A DNA stretch of 64,000 bases from Nitrospirota bacterium (GCA_963721805.1 CAVRJY010000001.1:736001-800000); one strand, 5' to 3'. Numbered from the stretch's first letter, positions 11,510 through 22,813 are shown. Numbers and translations are program-made. The notes: generated by a model from the sequence alone, not told the origin.

Positions 11510-12367
11510 ATGTCAATGGTTATCAACACAAACGTCGCATCACTGGACGCACAGAGGAATCTTTCAAACAACAGCGAAGCGCTCACCGTATCGGTTCAGA
11601 GGCTCTCGTCGGGCCTCCGCATCAACTCGGCGAAGGACGACGCCGCGGGCCTCGCTATCGGTACGAGGCTCGACTCGCAGGTTAGGAGCATCGCGGTTGC
11701 GATCCGCAACTCGCAGGACGGCACGAGCCTTGCCCAGACCGCTGAGGGCGGCCTCGCCCAGATCGGGGACATCCTCACGAGGATGAGGGAACTTGCGACC
11801 CAGGCCGCAAACGGCACCCTGTCGACCTCGGACCGCACCGCCACTGACAACGAGTTCCAGCAGCTGAAGGACGAGATCGACCGCATCAGCAACGTCACGG
11901 AGTTCAACGGGACCAAGCTCCTCGACGGCACCTTGAGCGTGGGCGGCGGCGTAACGCTGCAGGTAGGTTTCCACAATACCGCTGACGACAGGATCTCGAT
12001 CTCGCTCAGCAACGCGGCGAATTCCGCGAGCTTGGGCATAACGGGCGGCATCACCGACACCGTGGCCGGCGACGGCACCGGCGCGACGAACGCCCGGAAC
12101 ATGCTCGATACGCTCGATACCGCGATCGGCACTGTCAGCACTATGCGCGGCAAGCTCGGCGCGATACAAAACAGGCTCACCTCGACGATATCGAACCTGA
12201 GCATATCGTCGGAGAACCTGAGCGCTGCAGGCTCGCGCGTCATGGACGCGGACTTCGCCTCGGAGACCGCGACCTTCACGCGTAACCAGATACTGGTGCA
12301 GTCGGCCACCGCGATCCTGGCACAGGCCAACCAGCTTCCGTCACAGGCCCTGCAGCTTTTGAAGTAA
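11510..12367 (+). CDS. fliC: Flagellin
   Basis: MSMVINTNVASL..RLSSGLRINSAKDDAAGLAI N-terminus; RGKLGAIQNRL..AILAQANQLP C-terminus. Confidence 0.97.
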   Translation: MSMVINTNVASLDAQRNLSNNSEALTVSVQRLSSGLRINSAKDDAAGLAIGTRLDSQVRSIAVAIRNSQDGTSLAQTAEGGLAQIGDILTRMRELATQAANGTLSTSDRTATDNEFQQLKDEIDRISNVTEFNGTKLLDGTLSVGGGVTLQVGFHNTADDRISISLSNAANSASLGITGGITDTVAGDGTGATNARNMLDTLDTAIGTVSTMRGKLGAIQNRLTSTISNLSISSENLSAAGSRVMDADFASETATFTRNQILVQSATAILAQANQLPSQALQLLK

Positions 12368-12383
12368 ACTCTCGCGTAAAATT

Positions 12384-12416
12384 AAAAAGGCGGGCCATGA
12401 GGCCCGCCTTTTTTTT
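12384..12416. terminator. Bidirectional intrinsic terminator
   Basis: aaaaaggcgggcc-atga-ggcccgccttttttt between convergent genes. Confidence 0.9.
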
Positions 12417-12467
12417 GTCCGTTTGCAACGCCCGAAATCCGGGTGCAGCGAGAGTTGCGGCGGTATG

Positions 12468-13463
12468 CTAAAGCGGCAGGGTGTCGTCAGCCGTCGTGAG
12501 GCCGTACTCGGCGAGCGCCTCATCGCGCGGGTTTTCGGGCAGGCCGCGGTATTTTGGGGATATGTGAAGCGGGATGAACCGCCGGGCCCGCGCGGTGCGC
12601 GCGATCCAGCCCGCGAGCCGGCCGGTCAGGTGGTTGCGCTGATGCGCCCTCTCGATGTCTGAGTGCAGGAAGTACGCCTCGCAATAAAGCGCGTCGGAGC
12701 CCATCGCGAAATCCCTCGCCCTTATCACGTTGTCCCTCGTCGGCGCGATGTCGGTCAGGTAGGTAAGTTTCTGCCCCGGAGATATCGTGGCTATCGCGCG
12801 AAGCTCGCCGAGCGTTCTGGCCCCCGAGCCGGTATCGAGCGTGAAGCCGTCGTCCCGCTCCTCGCGGATCGCGCGCTTGAGTTCGGAGAGCCATGGCCCG
12901 ACGGGGAGCCCCATCGCGTCGAGCGCCGCGCGGTCGATGTTGATATGGAAATCCTCCTCGAGCGTGTAGCCCATGCACGGGGTGCCGTGGTCGAGCAGGA
13001 CGGCGCGCACGCGAAATCCGCTCTCTTTAAGTATGGTGCCGCTGAAGGGCGCGCTTCCCATCTCGCGCGGCCTGAACGAGTCGCGCGCGTCAAACAGCGT
13101 GCGTTCGACGGACGCGGCCCCTATGGCATGGGTCTCGATCCGAAGCGGGTACATGTGGATCAGGTTCCAGGTGTACGAATTCAGCTTGCCGCGGACGCAG
13201 TCGGTAATGTTCTCGGGGCCGTAGACGCGGATCAGGTCCTCGCGCCGCAGCGAGGTGCGCAGGATCGTGTCGAACCCTATGAAGTGGTCTATGTGCGTGT
13301 GGGTGACGAAGATGTCCGTGACCTTCAGGATCTCGGCGGCAGGGAGCCGCCCAAGCCCGCCCGCGTCGAAGAGCGCCGCCCGCCGCTCGCGGAGGAACCG
13401 GACGTGCAGGCACGGGTCCTCGAAAGGGCCGTTTACGAGCGCGGAATGGAACGAAGACCACAT
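12468..13463 (-). CDS. Ribonuclease Z-like metallo-beta-lactamase fold hydrolase
   Basis: LVNGPFEDP, THTHIDHFIGFD, HLT, HISPKY. Confidence 0.85.
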   Translation of the reverse strand: MWSSFHSALVNGPFEDPCLHVRFLRERRAALFDAGGLGRLPAAEILKVTDIFVTHTHIDHFIGFDTILRTSLRREDLIRVYGPENITDCVRGKLNSYTWNLIHMYPLRIETHAIGAASVERTLFDARDSFRPREMGSAPFSGTILKESGFRVRAVLLDHGTPCMGYTLEEDFHINIDRAALDAMGLPVGPWLSELKRAIREERDDGFTLDTGSGARTLGELRAIATISPGQKLTYLTDIAPTRDNVIRARDFAMGSDALYCEAYFLHSDIERAHQRNHLTGRLAGWIARTARARRFIPLHISPKYRGLPENPRDEALAEYGLTTADDTLPL

Positions 13464-13542
13464 GGTTATTGATTATATATCATGATATAATCATTAAGCA
13501 GTAAATGCCACAGCAGTCCTTACCCAATATGGAGGTTTTCCG

Positions 13543-14538
13543 ATGCCCGAGCTGAGAAAAGACCCGGTGCTTGGCAGGTGGGTGATCATATCCGTCGAGC
13601 GGGGCAAGCGGCCCGCTGATTTCGTCACGATCACCCAGAGGCGGCGCGTCGGGTTCTGCCCGTTTTGCCCCGGAAACGAGTACACCACGCCGCCTGAGAT
13701 ACTGGCCGTCAGGCCTGACGGCTCGCCCCCGAACTCCCCGGGCTGGAAGATCCGCGTGATGCCGAACAAGTTCCCGGCCCTAAGCGGCGAAGGCACCCTG
13801 GACAAAAAGGGCGAGGGCATCTATGACATGATGAACGGCGTCGGGGCCCACGAGGTCGTGGTCGAGACCCCGGAGCACCACCTGACGCTGGCGGACCTCG
13901 CGCCCGAGGACTTCGAGAACGTCATGAGCATATACCACGCGCGCATCACCGACCTCGGCCGCGACCCCCGCATAAAGTACGTCCTGGTCTACAAAAACGA
14001 GGGCGAGGCCGCGGGCGCGTCGCTGGAACACTCCCATACGCAGCTCATCGCGCTGCCGATCATCCCCCGCACGGTCAAGGACGAGCTGCAGGGCGCGCGG
14101 AGGCACTTCGAGCTGCGCGAGAGGTGCCTGTTTTGCGACATCATCAGCCAGGAGCGCTCCGACGGCCGCCGCGTGATAGCCGAGAACGACGCCTTCATAG
14201 CGCTCGCCCCGTTCGCCCCGCGCGCCCCGTTTGAGACCTGGGTGCTCCCCAAGAACCACGAGTACCTCTTCGGCCCCCGCGACGGCAGCTTTAAGGGGCT
14301 GACCGAGATATTCCAGAGGGTCCTAAAACAGCTCGACGCGATGCTCGACCACCCGCCCTATAACTTCATGATCCATACCTCGCCGTTTAACGGCGAGCAC
14401 TCGGACTACTACCACTGGCATATCGAGATCCTCCCGAAGCTCACTAAGATGGCAGGGTTCGAATGGGGCTCGGGCTTTTACATAAACCCCACGCCGCCCG
14501 AAAACGCGGCGAAGTTCATGCGGGAAACCGGCATCTAG
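13543..14538 (+). CDS. galT: Galactose-1-phosphate uridylyltransferase
   Basis: [32 protein letters not shown]. Confidence 0.95.
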   Translation: MPELRKDPVLGRWVIISVERGKRPADFVTITQRRRVGFCPFCPGNEYTTPPEILAVRPDGSPPNSPGWKIRVMPNKFPALSGEGTLDKKGEGIYDMMNGVGAHEVVVETPEHHLTLADLAPEDFENVMSIYHARITDLGRDPRIKYVLVYKNEGEAAGASLEHSHTQLIALPIIPRTVKDELQGARRHFELRERCLFCDIISQERSDGRRVIAENDAFIALAPFAPRAPFETWVLPKNHEYLFGPRDGSFKGLTEIFQRVLKQLDAMLDHPPYNFMIHTSPFNGEHSDYYHWHIEILPKLTKMAGFEWGSGFYINPTPPENAAKFMRETGI

Positions 14539-14549
14539 GGCCAGCGCAG

Positions 14550-15996
14550 ATGCCCGGCTTGAGGATACTGATCGCGGCCTCCGAGGCCATCCCCTACGCC
14601 AAGACCGGCGGACTGGCCGACGTCGCGGGCTCGCTGCACGCCGCGCTGAGGCGGCTCGGGCGTGGACTGCCGCCTCATGCTGCCGCTCTACAAGTCCACC
14701 GCCGAGTCGTTCGATCTCACCGATACCGGCATTGAGTTCAGCGTGCCGCTGGGCGGCGCGAGGATCCAGGCGCGGCTGTATTCGCACGGGGACTCCGTAT
14801 ACCTGATCCGGGCCGACGAGCTTTTCTGCCGCGACGGGATCTACGGCGACAGCGAGGGAGAGTTTCCCGACAACGCCGAGAGGTTCGTATTCTTCAGCCG
14901 CGCGGTGCTCGAGGCCTCGCTCGCCCTGGGGTTCGCGCCGCACGTCGTGCACTGCAACGACTGGCACACCGGGCTCGTGCCCGTATACCTAAAGACGCTG
15001 TACGCAGACGCGCTGCCCTCGTCCGCCTCTCTGATGTGCATCCACAACATCGGCTACCAGGGGCTTTTCAAGCCCTCCGCGGTCAGGCTCGCCGGGTTCG
15101 GCCCTGAGATGTTCCACCACCCCGGCGCGTTTGAGTTCTACGGGAAGTTCAACATGCTCAAGGCGGGCATCGTGTATGCCGACGCCCTGGGCACCGTAAG
15201 CCCTACCTATGCCGAGGAGATAATGACGCCGGAGCACGGCTGGGGCCTCGACGGCGTCATACGCGAGCGCGCGGCCGACCTCCACGGGATAATCAACGGC
15301 GTCGATTACGCCGTATACGACCCGTCCGCCGACCCCGCTATAGCTGCACGCTTCGGCCCCGGCGCGATGAAGGGCAAACAGGCATGCCGGGAGGACCTCG
15401 AGAGGCTCTGCGGGTTTAAGCGCTCGGAGCATCCGATAGCCTGCGTCGTAAGCAGGCTATCGTACCAGAAGGGCATCGACCTGTTCATCAAGGCCGCGCC
15501 GGGGTTCATCGGGCGGGGGCTGCGGGTGGCGGTGCTCGGCGCTGGAGAGGCGCACATCGAGGCCGGGCTCGCGGAGCTGGCAGCGGCCTATCCGGGCCGG
15601 TTCTGCTTCAAGGCGGGCTATGACGAGGACCATGCGAGGATCCTCTATGCCGGGTCGGACATGATCGTTATCCCCTCGAGGTACGAGCCCTGCGGGCTCA
15701 CCCAGATGATCGCGATGCGCTACGGCACGGTGCCGGTGGCCCGCGCCACGGGGGGCCTCCGGGACTCGATAGAGGACTTTGACCCGTTAAACGGCGGGGG
15801 CACCGGGTTTCTGTTTAACGAGTTTGCGGCCCCGGCCCTCGGCGGCGCGCTCGAGCGCGCGCTTTGCGTGCATGCGGACCGCAAGCGCTGGGCCGGGCTC
15901 GTATCGAGGTGCATGGCGCGCGACTTCTCGTGGGACGCCTCGGCCGCCCGCTACATCGCGCTCTACGAGACCCTCAGCGCGGGGCGTACGGCGTGA
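14550..15996 (+). pseudogene. glgA: Glycogen synthase with a +1 frameshift near 14658-14660 (pseudogene or assembly error)
   Basis: KTGGLADV in the frame starting 14550; HCNDWHT, IHNIGYQG, PSRYEPCGLTQ in the next frame from 14662. Confidence 0.85.
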
Positions 15997-18900
15997 GGCT
16001 GCGCACTAGGATAGCGGCCTTCATGGCCGCGTTCATAGCTATCTCGGTCATCTTCGGCCTTAGCACGTTTTTCATAGTCCGCGAGATAAGCGCCAACCTC
16101 GACGAGATAACCCTCGACATGAAGAGGGTCTATATCAGAGACAACATAAACAGTTCGGTCGTCAAGATCCTGATCGCGATCAAGGGCTGGACCATAGAGC
16201 AGAAGGAAGAGTACCGGAGCCTCTATAAGGCCAACGCCGCGGAGCTGCGCGACCGCATGGACGAACTCAACAAGACCGTGGAAAAGAAAGAGGACGCCGC
16301 GCGGCTCTCGGACCTGATAAGCACTTTTTTGATGCGCTCCGACGCGATCATGTCCGTATCCTGGTCCGGGAGCGACCTGGAGCGCCTGCGCTCCGTCGAC
16401 ATGCTCTACCAGATGGAGGTCGAGATATACACCGGGATGGAGAGCATACACGACGTCTTCATGCGCTCGATCAGCCGGACCCTCGCCCTGAACGAGAAGG
16501 TCATGGCGAGGATGACGCTGTACCTCGGAATGCTCCTGATATTCTCTATCGGGGCCTCCGGCCTCCTGGCCATCATGATGCGCCGCACCCTGACCGCACC
16601 GTACGAGGACGTCTTAAACGCCACCGGCATGGTCGCCTCCGGCCGCCTCGACTACAGGATGCCGCTTACGGCCGATAAGGACATGGCCATGATCGGCGAG
16701 AGGTTCAACGAGATGGTCGCGAGCCTCGAGGACTCGCAGCACAAGCTGAGCAAGAACCTGCGTGAGACCGAACTGTACCTCGAGGTGGCGCGCATAGCCA
16801 ACATGACGCTCGAGCGCAAGAAGGCGCTGGCCCTGATGGCCGAGGCGATCGCCGAGAAGATGGAGCACGAGGTATGCGCCATCTTCATGCTCAAGCCCGA
16901 GCGCAAGGAGTTCGTCCTCGAGGCCTGCAACATCGACGACGGCGCCGGGCCCTTCAGCCGCCCGATCCCGGTCAGCCACCCGCTCGTCTATAACATCATT
17001 GGCACGCTGGAGCCCGTCGTGCTCACCCGCGACGGAGGGCTTACCGAGATATGCCCCAACCTCGTGGGCGCACTCCTGGCCCCGATAGTGCTCGACAACA
17101 CCTGCGCGGGCATACTGCTGGTCGGGAGTTTTAAGAGCAGCGAATTCCTGCCGGACGAACTCGGCACCGCGCGCGTCGTGGTCCAGAACATGGGGCTGGC
17201 GGTGCGCAACTTCGAGCTATACGACGCGGCCAACAGGCAGCTGGCGCAGATCAGGCTCGCGTTCGAGCTCAGCCAGGCGCTGGCCTCGGTGCAGGACACC
17301 GACGACATCCTGCAGACCGTATCGCGGGAGGTCGCGAAGCTCATCAACGCGCGAGGATGCGTGATACGCCTGGTCGAGGGCGACGTGCTGAAGGTGAAGT
17401 CCTTCTCCGGCTCGGCCTCGGATATGGTGGACGAGGCCGACGTGCCGCTAGGCAAGGGCGTGGCCGGGTGGGTGGCCAAGGAGGGCAGGTCGATGCTCGT
17501 CGAGGACGTCTCGAAGATGCCCGAGGACCTGGCCGTCCCGCTCATGGCCCAGAAGACCGCCATATCCGTTCCCCTTAAGACGGAAGAGGGCGTCATAGGC
17601 ACGCTCGGGCTCTACGACAAGCTCGACGAGCGCGGCGCGATCATCCCGTTTTCGACCGACGACCTCGCGGTGGTCGAGGGCTTCGCCTCGATATCGAGCA
17701 TAGCCTTCCACAAGGCCCGGATGCGCGAGCTGCGCGCCCGCAGCGAGGCGCGCGTCGAGGAGGCGCGCGGCCGGATGAACGTGCTGTTCGAGAGCGTCCA
17801 GACCGGCATCATCACGCTTGACGAAAACTACAGGATCACATCCGCCAACAAGTACTTCGAGAGCATGATGGACATAAAGCTCGAAGACATAATCGGGGCA
17901 AACGCGGTCGAGCTCTTCCACGACAAGGGCGGCATCTGCCCCCACTGCGCGGCGAAGGCCACGTTCGAGACCGGCGGGTACAACTCGATCACGCAGTCCA
18001 GCGGCCTGAACTTCGCCGAGCTCTCCTCCTACCCCATCGCGAGCGAGGGCGGCCACGTGGCCGAGGCCGTCGTCTTCGTGCAGGACATAACCGAGCGCGT
18101 GCTGTACGAGGAAGAGATCATGGGCCTCTACAGCGAGGTCACGCAGAACAAGGAATACATAGAGAGCCTGATACAGAACTCGGCCGACGCGATAGTGACG
18201 AGCGACCTCGACGGCATCGTGACCTCGTGGAACCGCGCCGCGGCCGAGACCTACGGGTTTACGTCCGAGGAGGCGGTCGGCAAGTTCCTGCCCTTCGTGC
18301 CGGACTCGCTAGTCGAGTTCGAGCGCGAGAACATCACCAAGATCCGCACCGGGCAGGTCATAAAGCTCGAGACCTACCGCAAGAAATCAGACAGTTCGAT
18401 CATCGAGGTGAGCCTCACGATGTCTCCGATCAAGGACCTCGGCGGCTCGGTCATCGGCATAAGCAGCATATCGCGGGACATATCGGACAAAAAACGCGTG
18501 GAGAAGGAGCTCATCCGGCGCAACCAGGAGCTCTCGCGGCTGTTCTTCATAAGCTCCGCGATGCGCGGCACGCTCGAGCTGGACAAGATGCTCAGGATGG
18601 TGCTGACGGCCGTGACGATGAGCGACGGCCTGGGGTTCAACCGCGCGATGCTGTTTTTCGTCGACGAGGAGCGCGGGGTCCTTAAAGGTTACATGGGCGT
18701 GGGCCCGGCGAGCCACGACGAGGCCTGGATGGTCTGGGAGAAGCTCTCGTCCGAGAGGACCTCGCTAAGGGAGATCATGGCCGAGATAGAGTCCGAGCCC
18801 CTCGCGAGGGACTCGGCGCTCGACCGCATAGCCATGGACATGGAAATCCCGCTGGATGCCGACACCGTGCTCGCCGGGGCCGTGCGCGACAGCAGGACCG

Positions 18901-20177
18901 TAAACGTCACGGACGTGCAGGCCGAGCACCGCACCGACATGGAGCTGATCCAGCAGCTCGGGACCGAGTCCTTCGCCGCGATCCCGCTGATCTACCGCCA
19001 CAAGGTGATGGGCCTGCTGTGGGTCGACAATCTCTTTAACCGAAAGCCGATCACGGACGACGACATGAAGTTCCTGGTCGGGTTCGCGGACCACGTGGCC
19101 TCGGCCATAGAATCGGCGCGGCTGTTTCAGAAGGTCTCGCTCGCCGAGGCCGAGCTCGAAAACATCTTCGCCTCGATATCGGAGATGGTCTATTTCACCT
19201 CGGCCGACTACACGATCAAGAACGCGAACAAGGCCGTCCTGGACCGCCTCGGGAAGACGCGCCTCCAGGTCGTGGGCCACAAGTGCTATGAGGTCTTCCA
19301 CGGCACGGACGAGCCGGCCATGCACTGCCCCCACCACAAGACCGTCCAGACGCTCAAGCCCTACATCGAGGAGATGGAGGACCCGAAGCTCGGCGGCACG
19401 TTCCTGACCTCGACCGCCCCTATCTTCGACACCACGGGGGCGTTCATCGGCACGGTGCACGTGGTGCGCGACATCACGGAACTCAAGCAGCTGCGCGTGA
19501 AGCTGCAGAGCGCCGAGAGAAAGGCCGCGCTCGGCGACGTCGCGGCCAAGGTCGCGCACGAGATCCGAAACCCGCTCGTATCGGTCGGGGGCTTCGCCAA
19601 GCGGCTCGAGAACAAGCTCGACGGCAACCTAAAAGAATACGCCAGCGTCATAACAAGCGAGGTGCGCCGGCTCGAGGTCATCCTCAAAGACATCCTGGGC
19701 TTCGTCAAGGAGGTCCGGATGTCCAAGCGCGAGGTGGACCTCAACGAGATCGTGCGCGGCGTGCTGGAGCTGCTCAAGCACGAGTTCGAGAAGAGGGGCA
19801 ACACGCTGGCCGCCTCGTTCGCCGAACCGCCGCTTACGATGGTCGTCGACCCCGACCGCCTGAAGGAGGCGATCTTCAACGTTATCGACAACGCAAACAA
19901 CGCGGCCACAAACGGCACCATCACGGTGCGCACCTTCAGGGAGGCAGACGAGGCCGTGCTCTCGGTGGCCGACACCGGAGTGGGCATAAAGGAGGAGATA
20001 GTGGAGCGGATATTCGACCCGTTCTTTACGACGAGAAACACCGGCACCGGCCTGGGGCTCGCGATAGCAAAGCGCATCGTGGAGGAGCACGACGGATACA
20101 TCACGGTGCACAGCGCGGGCTTCATGAAGGGCTCGGAATTCATGATACATCTTCCTGCCGGAAGAAAGGAGGCTTAG
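15993..20177 (+). CDS. Multi-sensor histidine kinase (TM, HAMP, GAF, PAS, HisKA, HATPase)
   Basis: VAHEIRNPL H-box; DTGVGI, FDPFFTT, GTGLGL; GTG start overlaps glgA stop. Confidence 0.92.
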   Translation: MRLRTRIAAFMAAFIAISVIFGLSTFFIVREISANLDEITLDMKRVYIRDNINSSVVKILIAIKGWTIEQKEEYRSLYKANAAELRDRMDELNKTVEKKEDAARLSDLISTFLMRSDAIMSVSWSGSDLERLRSVDMLYQMEVEIYTGMESIHDVFMRSISRTLALNEKVMARMTLYLGMLLIFSIGASGLLAIMMRRTLTAPYEDVLNATGMVASGRLDYRMPLTADKDMAMIGERFNEMVASLEDSQHKLSKNLRETELYLEVARIANMTLERKKALALMAEAIAEKMEHEVCAIFMLKPERKEFVLEACNIDDGAGPFSRPIPVSHPLVYNIIGTLEPVVLTRDGGLTEICPNLVGALLAPIVLDNTCAGILLVGSFKSSEFLPDELGTARVVVQNMGLAVRNFELYDAANRQLAQIRLAFELSQALASVQDTDDILQTVSREVAKLINARGCVIRLVEGDVLKVKSFSGSASDMVDEADVPLGKGVAGWVAKEGRSMLVEDVSKMPEDLAVPLMAQKTAISVPLKTEEGVIGTLGLYDKLDERGAIIPFSTDDLAVVEGFASISSIAFHKARMRELRARSEARVEEARGRMNVLFESVQTGIITLDENYRITSANKYFESMMDIKLEDIIGANAVELFHDKGGICPHCAAKATFETGGYNSITQSSGLNFAELSSYPIASEGGHVAEAVVFVQDITERVLYEEEIMGLYSEVTQNKEYIESLIQNSADAIVTSDLDGIVTSWNRAAAETYGFTSEEAVGKFLPFVPDSLVEFERENITKIRTGQVIKLETYRKKSDSSIIEVSLTMSPIKDLGGSVIGISSISRDISDKKRVEKELIRRNQELSRLFFISSAMRGTLELDKMLRMVLTAVTMSDGLGFNRAMLFFVDEERGVLKGYMGVGPASHDEAWMVWEKLSSERTSLREIMAEIESEPLARDSALDRIAMDMEIPLDADTVLAGAVRDSRTVNVTDVQAEHRTDMELIQQLGTESFAAIPLIYRHKVMGLLWVDNLFNRKPITDDDMKFLVGFADHVASAIESARLFQKVSLAEAELENIFASISEMVYFTSADYTIKNANKAVLDRLGKTRLQVVGHKCYEVFHGTDEPAMHCPHHKTVQTLKPYIEEMEDPKLGGTFLTSTAPIFDTTGAFIGTVHVVRDITELKQLRVKLQSAERKAALGDVAAKVAHEIRNPLVSVGGFAKRLENKLDGNLKEYASVITSEVRRLEVILKDILGFVKEVRMSKREVDLNEIVRGVLELLKHEFEKRGNTLAASFAEPPLTMVVDPDRLKEAIFNVIDNANNAATNGTITVRTFREADEAVLSVADTGVGIKEEIVERIFDPFFTTRNTGTGLGLAIAKRIVEEHDGYITVHSAGFMKGSEFMIHLPAGRKEA

Positions 20178-20183
20178 AGGAAT

Positions 20184-20555
20184 ATGAAGAAAATCCTGCT
20201 GGTCGACGACGACCCGAACATCCTCAAGTACTACAAGGAGGAACTCCTCGACGAGGGCTACGACGTGCACACGGCCGGCTCGGGGAAGGCGGCCATGGAG
20301 ATGTTCGAGACCGTGGAGCCGGACCTCGTATCGCTCGACATACTGATGCCGGACATCGACGGCATCAGCCTGCTAAGGAGGATGAAGGAGCTCAGGCCGC
20401 GCCTCCCGATCATCATGTCCACGGCCTATGACTACCGCGACGACTTCGCGGTCTGGGCATCGGAGGCCTACATCGTCAAGTCCCACGACCTGACCGAGAT
20501 GAAAAACGTGATCAGGAAACTGTTAAGCAAGCCCGAGGCCCCGGAACAGGCATGA
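20184..20555 (+). CDS. Single-domain response regulator
   Basis: ILLVDDD, LDILMP, STAY, YIVKS. Confidence 0.93.
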   Translation: MKKILLVDDDPNILKYYKEELLDEGYDVHTAGSGKAAMEMFETVEPDLVSLDILMPDIDGISLLRRMKELRPRLPIIMSTAYDYRDDFAVWASEAYIVKSHDLTEMKNVIRKLLSKPEAPEQA

Positions 20556-21788
20556 GCAATGTGACACTCAGGGCGGAGGCCGCGGTATACGGCGGCTTTG
20601 TGATCGCCCGCGAGGGCGGCGTGGTGTTCATCCGGGGCGCGATCCCCGGCGAGCTCGTCGAGGCCTCGGTGCAGGAGAAAAAGCGCGACTACGCGGTCGC
20701 CGAGGTGCGCGAGGTCATCGAGCCCTCGGACGCGCGGATCACGCCTCCCTGCGAGTACTTCGGCCGCTGCGGCGGCTGCCAGCTCCAGTTCATGACGTAC
20801 GAGCGCCAGCTCATGCTCAAGGCCGAGGTGCTGCTGGACTGCCTCAAGCGCATCGGCGGGATCGAGCGCGAGCTCGTAAGCCCGGCGCTCTCCGGGCCGG
20901 AGTTCGGCTACAGGCTGCGCGCGCAGTGGAAGGTCTCGAAGGAAGGCGCGATAGGGTTCTACCGCGAGGGCACGCGCGAGGTCGTGCCGATCAGCGCATG
21001 CCCGCTTCTGGACAGTTCGGTCAACGAGGCCACCAGCCCGCATGAAGGCCGCCGGGATCGGGGGAGCGCGGGAGCTGCACGTAACATGCGGCGCGGACGG
21101 AAGCGCCGAGCTGCTGATTAAGGGCATCCCATTTGACGACGAGCTCGCCGAGCGGCTGGTCACCGAGGCCGGTTTCAGAACCGTCGCTTTTGACGACGGG
21201 TCGTACCGCGGGCCGGGCTACGTTAAGCTCGATATGGAGGGGCTTTCATACAGCGTATCGCCCTGGAGCTTTTTTCAGTCCAACTGGGGGATGAACCGCG
21301 AGATCACGGCGATGATGCTCGAGGCGCTCGGGCCTGTCGCGGGGCTGCGCGTGCTGGACCTATACGCCGGGGCCGGGAACTTCTCGATGCCGCTTGCCGC
21401 GGCCGGGGCGACGGTCGTCGCGGTGGAGGAGAACCCTTATTCGATCAGGGACGGGGCGCGCAACATCACAGCTAACAACCTCGCTAATTACGAGTTCGTC
21501 GAGGGCTCGGCCGAGAGGGCGAAGCTCAGGGGCAAGTTCGACCTGCTGATACTCGACCCGCCGCGCGCGGGGCTTACGAACGCGGTCGCCGTGCGCGTGG
21601 CCGATATCGCTGCGCCGCGCATAGTTTATATCTCATGCAATCCATCGACATTCAGCCGCGACCTCAAGAAGCTGTCCGAGGGGTACGATATCGACTCTAT
21701 CCGCATCGCGGACTTCTTCCCGCAGACATACCACCTCGAGAGCATCGCGTTTCTTACCAGGAAGGCAGCCGGGGCCTCGTCCGCATAG
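20552..21788 (+). pseudogene. 23S rRNA m5U methyltransferase (RlmD/TrmA family) with a +1 frameshift near 21037-21039
   Basis: TRAM and CEYFGRCGGCQLQ in the first frame; SFFQSN, DLYAGAGNF, DPPRAGL, YISCNP, DFFPQTYHLE in the next frame. Confidence 0.85.
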
Positions 21789-21819
21789 GCGGAGGGTACG
21801 AGGCCCCGTGTGTGCCACG

Positions 21820-21843
21820 GGGGGCCGACTGGCCCCCTTTTTT
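21820..21843 (+). terminator. Intrinsic terminator
   Basis: gggggcc-gact-ggccccc followed by a T run. Confidence 0.75.
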
Positions 21844-21877
21844 CAGGATAGAGCATCGTAGACGGGGATTTATCTGC

Positions 21878-22006
21878 TCAGTGCGCGCCGTGTATGAGCA
21901 TCGGCAGGCAGCGCGTGCAGACGAACTTCTCCTCGCCCTTTTGAACGCAGGGGAGGTAGACCCTCTCGGGGTCCTCGGTGCCGCATACGAAACACTTGGT
22001 CTTCAT
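21878..22006 (-). CDS. 42-aa Cys-rich (CxxC..C..CxxC) small protein
   Basis: MKTKCFVCGTEDPERVYLPCVQKGEEKFVCTRCLPMLIHGAH; ATG overlaps the DUF1858 stop (ATGA). Confidence 0.7.
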   Translation of the reverse strand: MKTKCFVCGTEDPERVYLPCVQKGEEKFVCTRCLPMLIHGAH

Positions 22007-22209
22007 GATTTTGGGGCCTCCAGTTCGTTTATTTCCTTCACTATCTTCTCGGGGTCGAGGTTGTGCATCATCGAGCCGAAGCTTATGGACTCCACCTTGA
22101 TGCCGGGGCATGTGAAGCAGCCGCCGCCGAAGTACTTCTGTATCACCTTCTGAGCCTCCGGCACTTCCTTGATCGCGTCTCCGATCAGCGTATCCTTTGT
22201 AATCGCCAT
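22003..22209 (-). CDS. DUF1858 domain protein
   Basis: ITKDTLIGD..GCFTCP..ESI..H; GGAGG RBS. Confidence 0.85.
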   Translation of the reverse strand: MAITKDTLIGDAIKEVPEAQKVIQKYFGGGCFTCPGIKVESISFGSMMHNLDPEKIVKEINELEAPKS

Positions 22210-22268
22210 CTTTGCGCCCTCCTTTTCGATTTCTTAGTTCTATCATATCAGCCCCCAGCAGTCCGCGC

Positions 22269-22298
22269 TATGACCGGCGTCATATGACGCGGATCATT
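22269..22298. promoter_or_regulatory. Two overlapping Crp/Fnr-family boxes (TGA-N6-TCA)
   Basis: TATGACCGGCGTCATA (22269-22284) and TATGACGCGGATCATT (22283-22298) between divergent genes near a Crp/Fnr gene. Confidence 0.65.
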
Positions 22299-22361
22299 GC
22301 CCGGTAAGGCTTTCTAGGCTATACTGAGTTCAAGGATCAAATTAAAAGGAGGGCATATCAA

Positions 22362-22769
22362 ATGGACAGATTCGTCAAGAACTTCATCGCGGTGAGCATC
22401 TTCTATCTGGCCCTGGCCTCGATCATAGGCGTGGCCATGGGCGTCCGCCCCGAGACGATGAGCTATCTCAGGTTCGCGCACTCGCACCTGATGCTCATAG
22501 GGTGGGTGACGATGATGATATACGGCGTGGGCTACCACGTCCTGCCGCGCTTCGCCGGGAAGCTCATCAAGCACAAGGGGCTCGCGGACATCCAGTTCTG
22601 GCTCGCGAACGTCGGGCTCATCGGGATGGTCGTCTTCTATACCGTGACGCAGTTGGGCACGGACATGCGGCTGCTGTTTGGGATCTCGGCCGCGCTTCAG
22701 GTCGCCTCGGCCTTCATCTTCTTTTACAACATGATCACGACGCTGTACTCCAGCGACGAGACTCATTAA
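22362..22769 (+). CDS. Small membrane protein with heme-copper oxidase subunit I-like segment
   Basis: Four TM helices; AHSHLMLIGW and GYHVLPRF motifs. Confidence 0.75.
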   Translation: MDRFVKNFIAVSIFYLALASIIGVAMGVRPETMSYLRFAHSHLMLIGWVTMMIYGVGYHVLPRFAGKLIKHKGLADIQFWLANVGLIGMVVFYTVTQLGTDMRLLFGISAALQVASAFIFFYNMITTLYSSDETH

Positions 22770-22775
22770 ATTGCT

Positions 22776-22803
22776 CTCCACGCACACCTTAGTGTGCGCG
22801 GAG
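22776..22803. terminator. Hairpin between convergent genes
   Basis: ctccacgcacac-ctta-gtgtgcgcggag. Confidence 0.55.
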
Positions 22804-22813
22804 CCTCAAAAAG

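Noticed and set aside
22003..22209. DUF1858 protein as a selenoprotein supporting Sec usage
   Set aside because: Its CxxC is encoded by TGC/TGC, so it gives no evidence for Sec decoding
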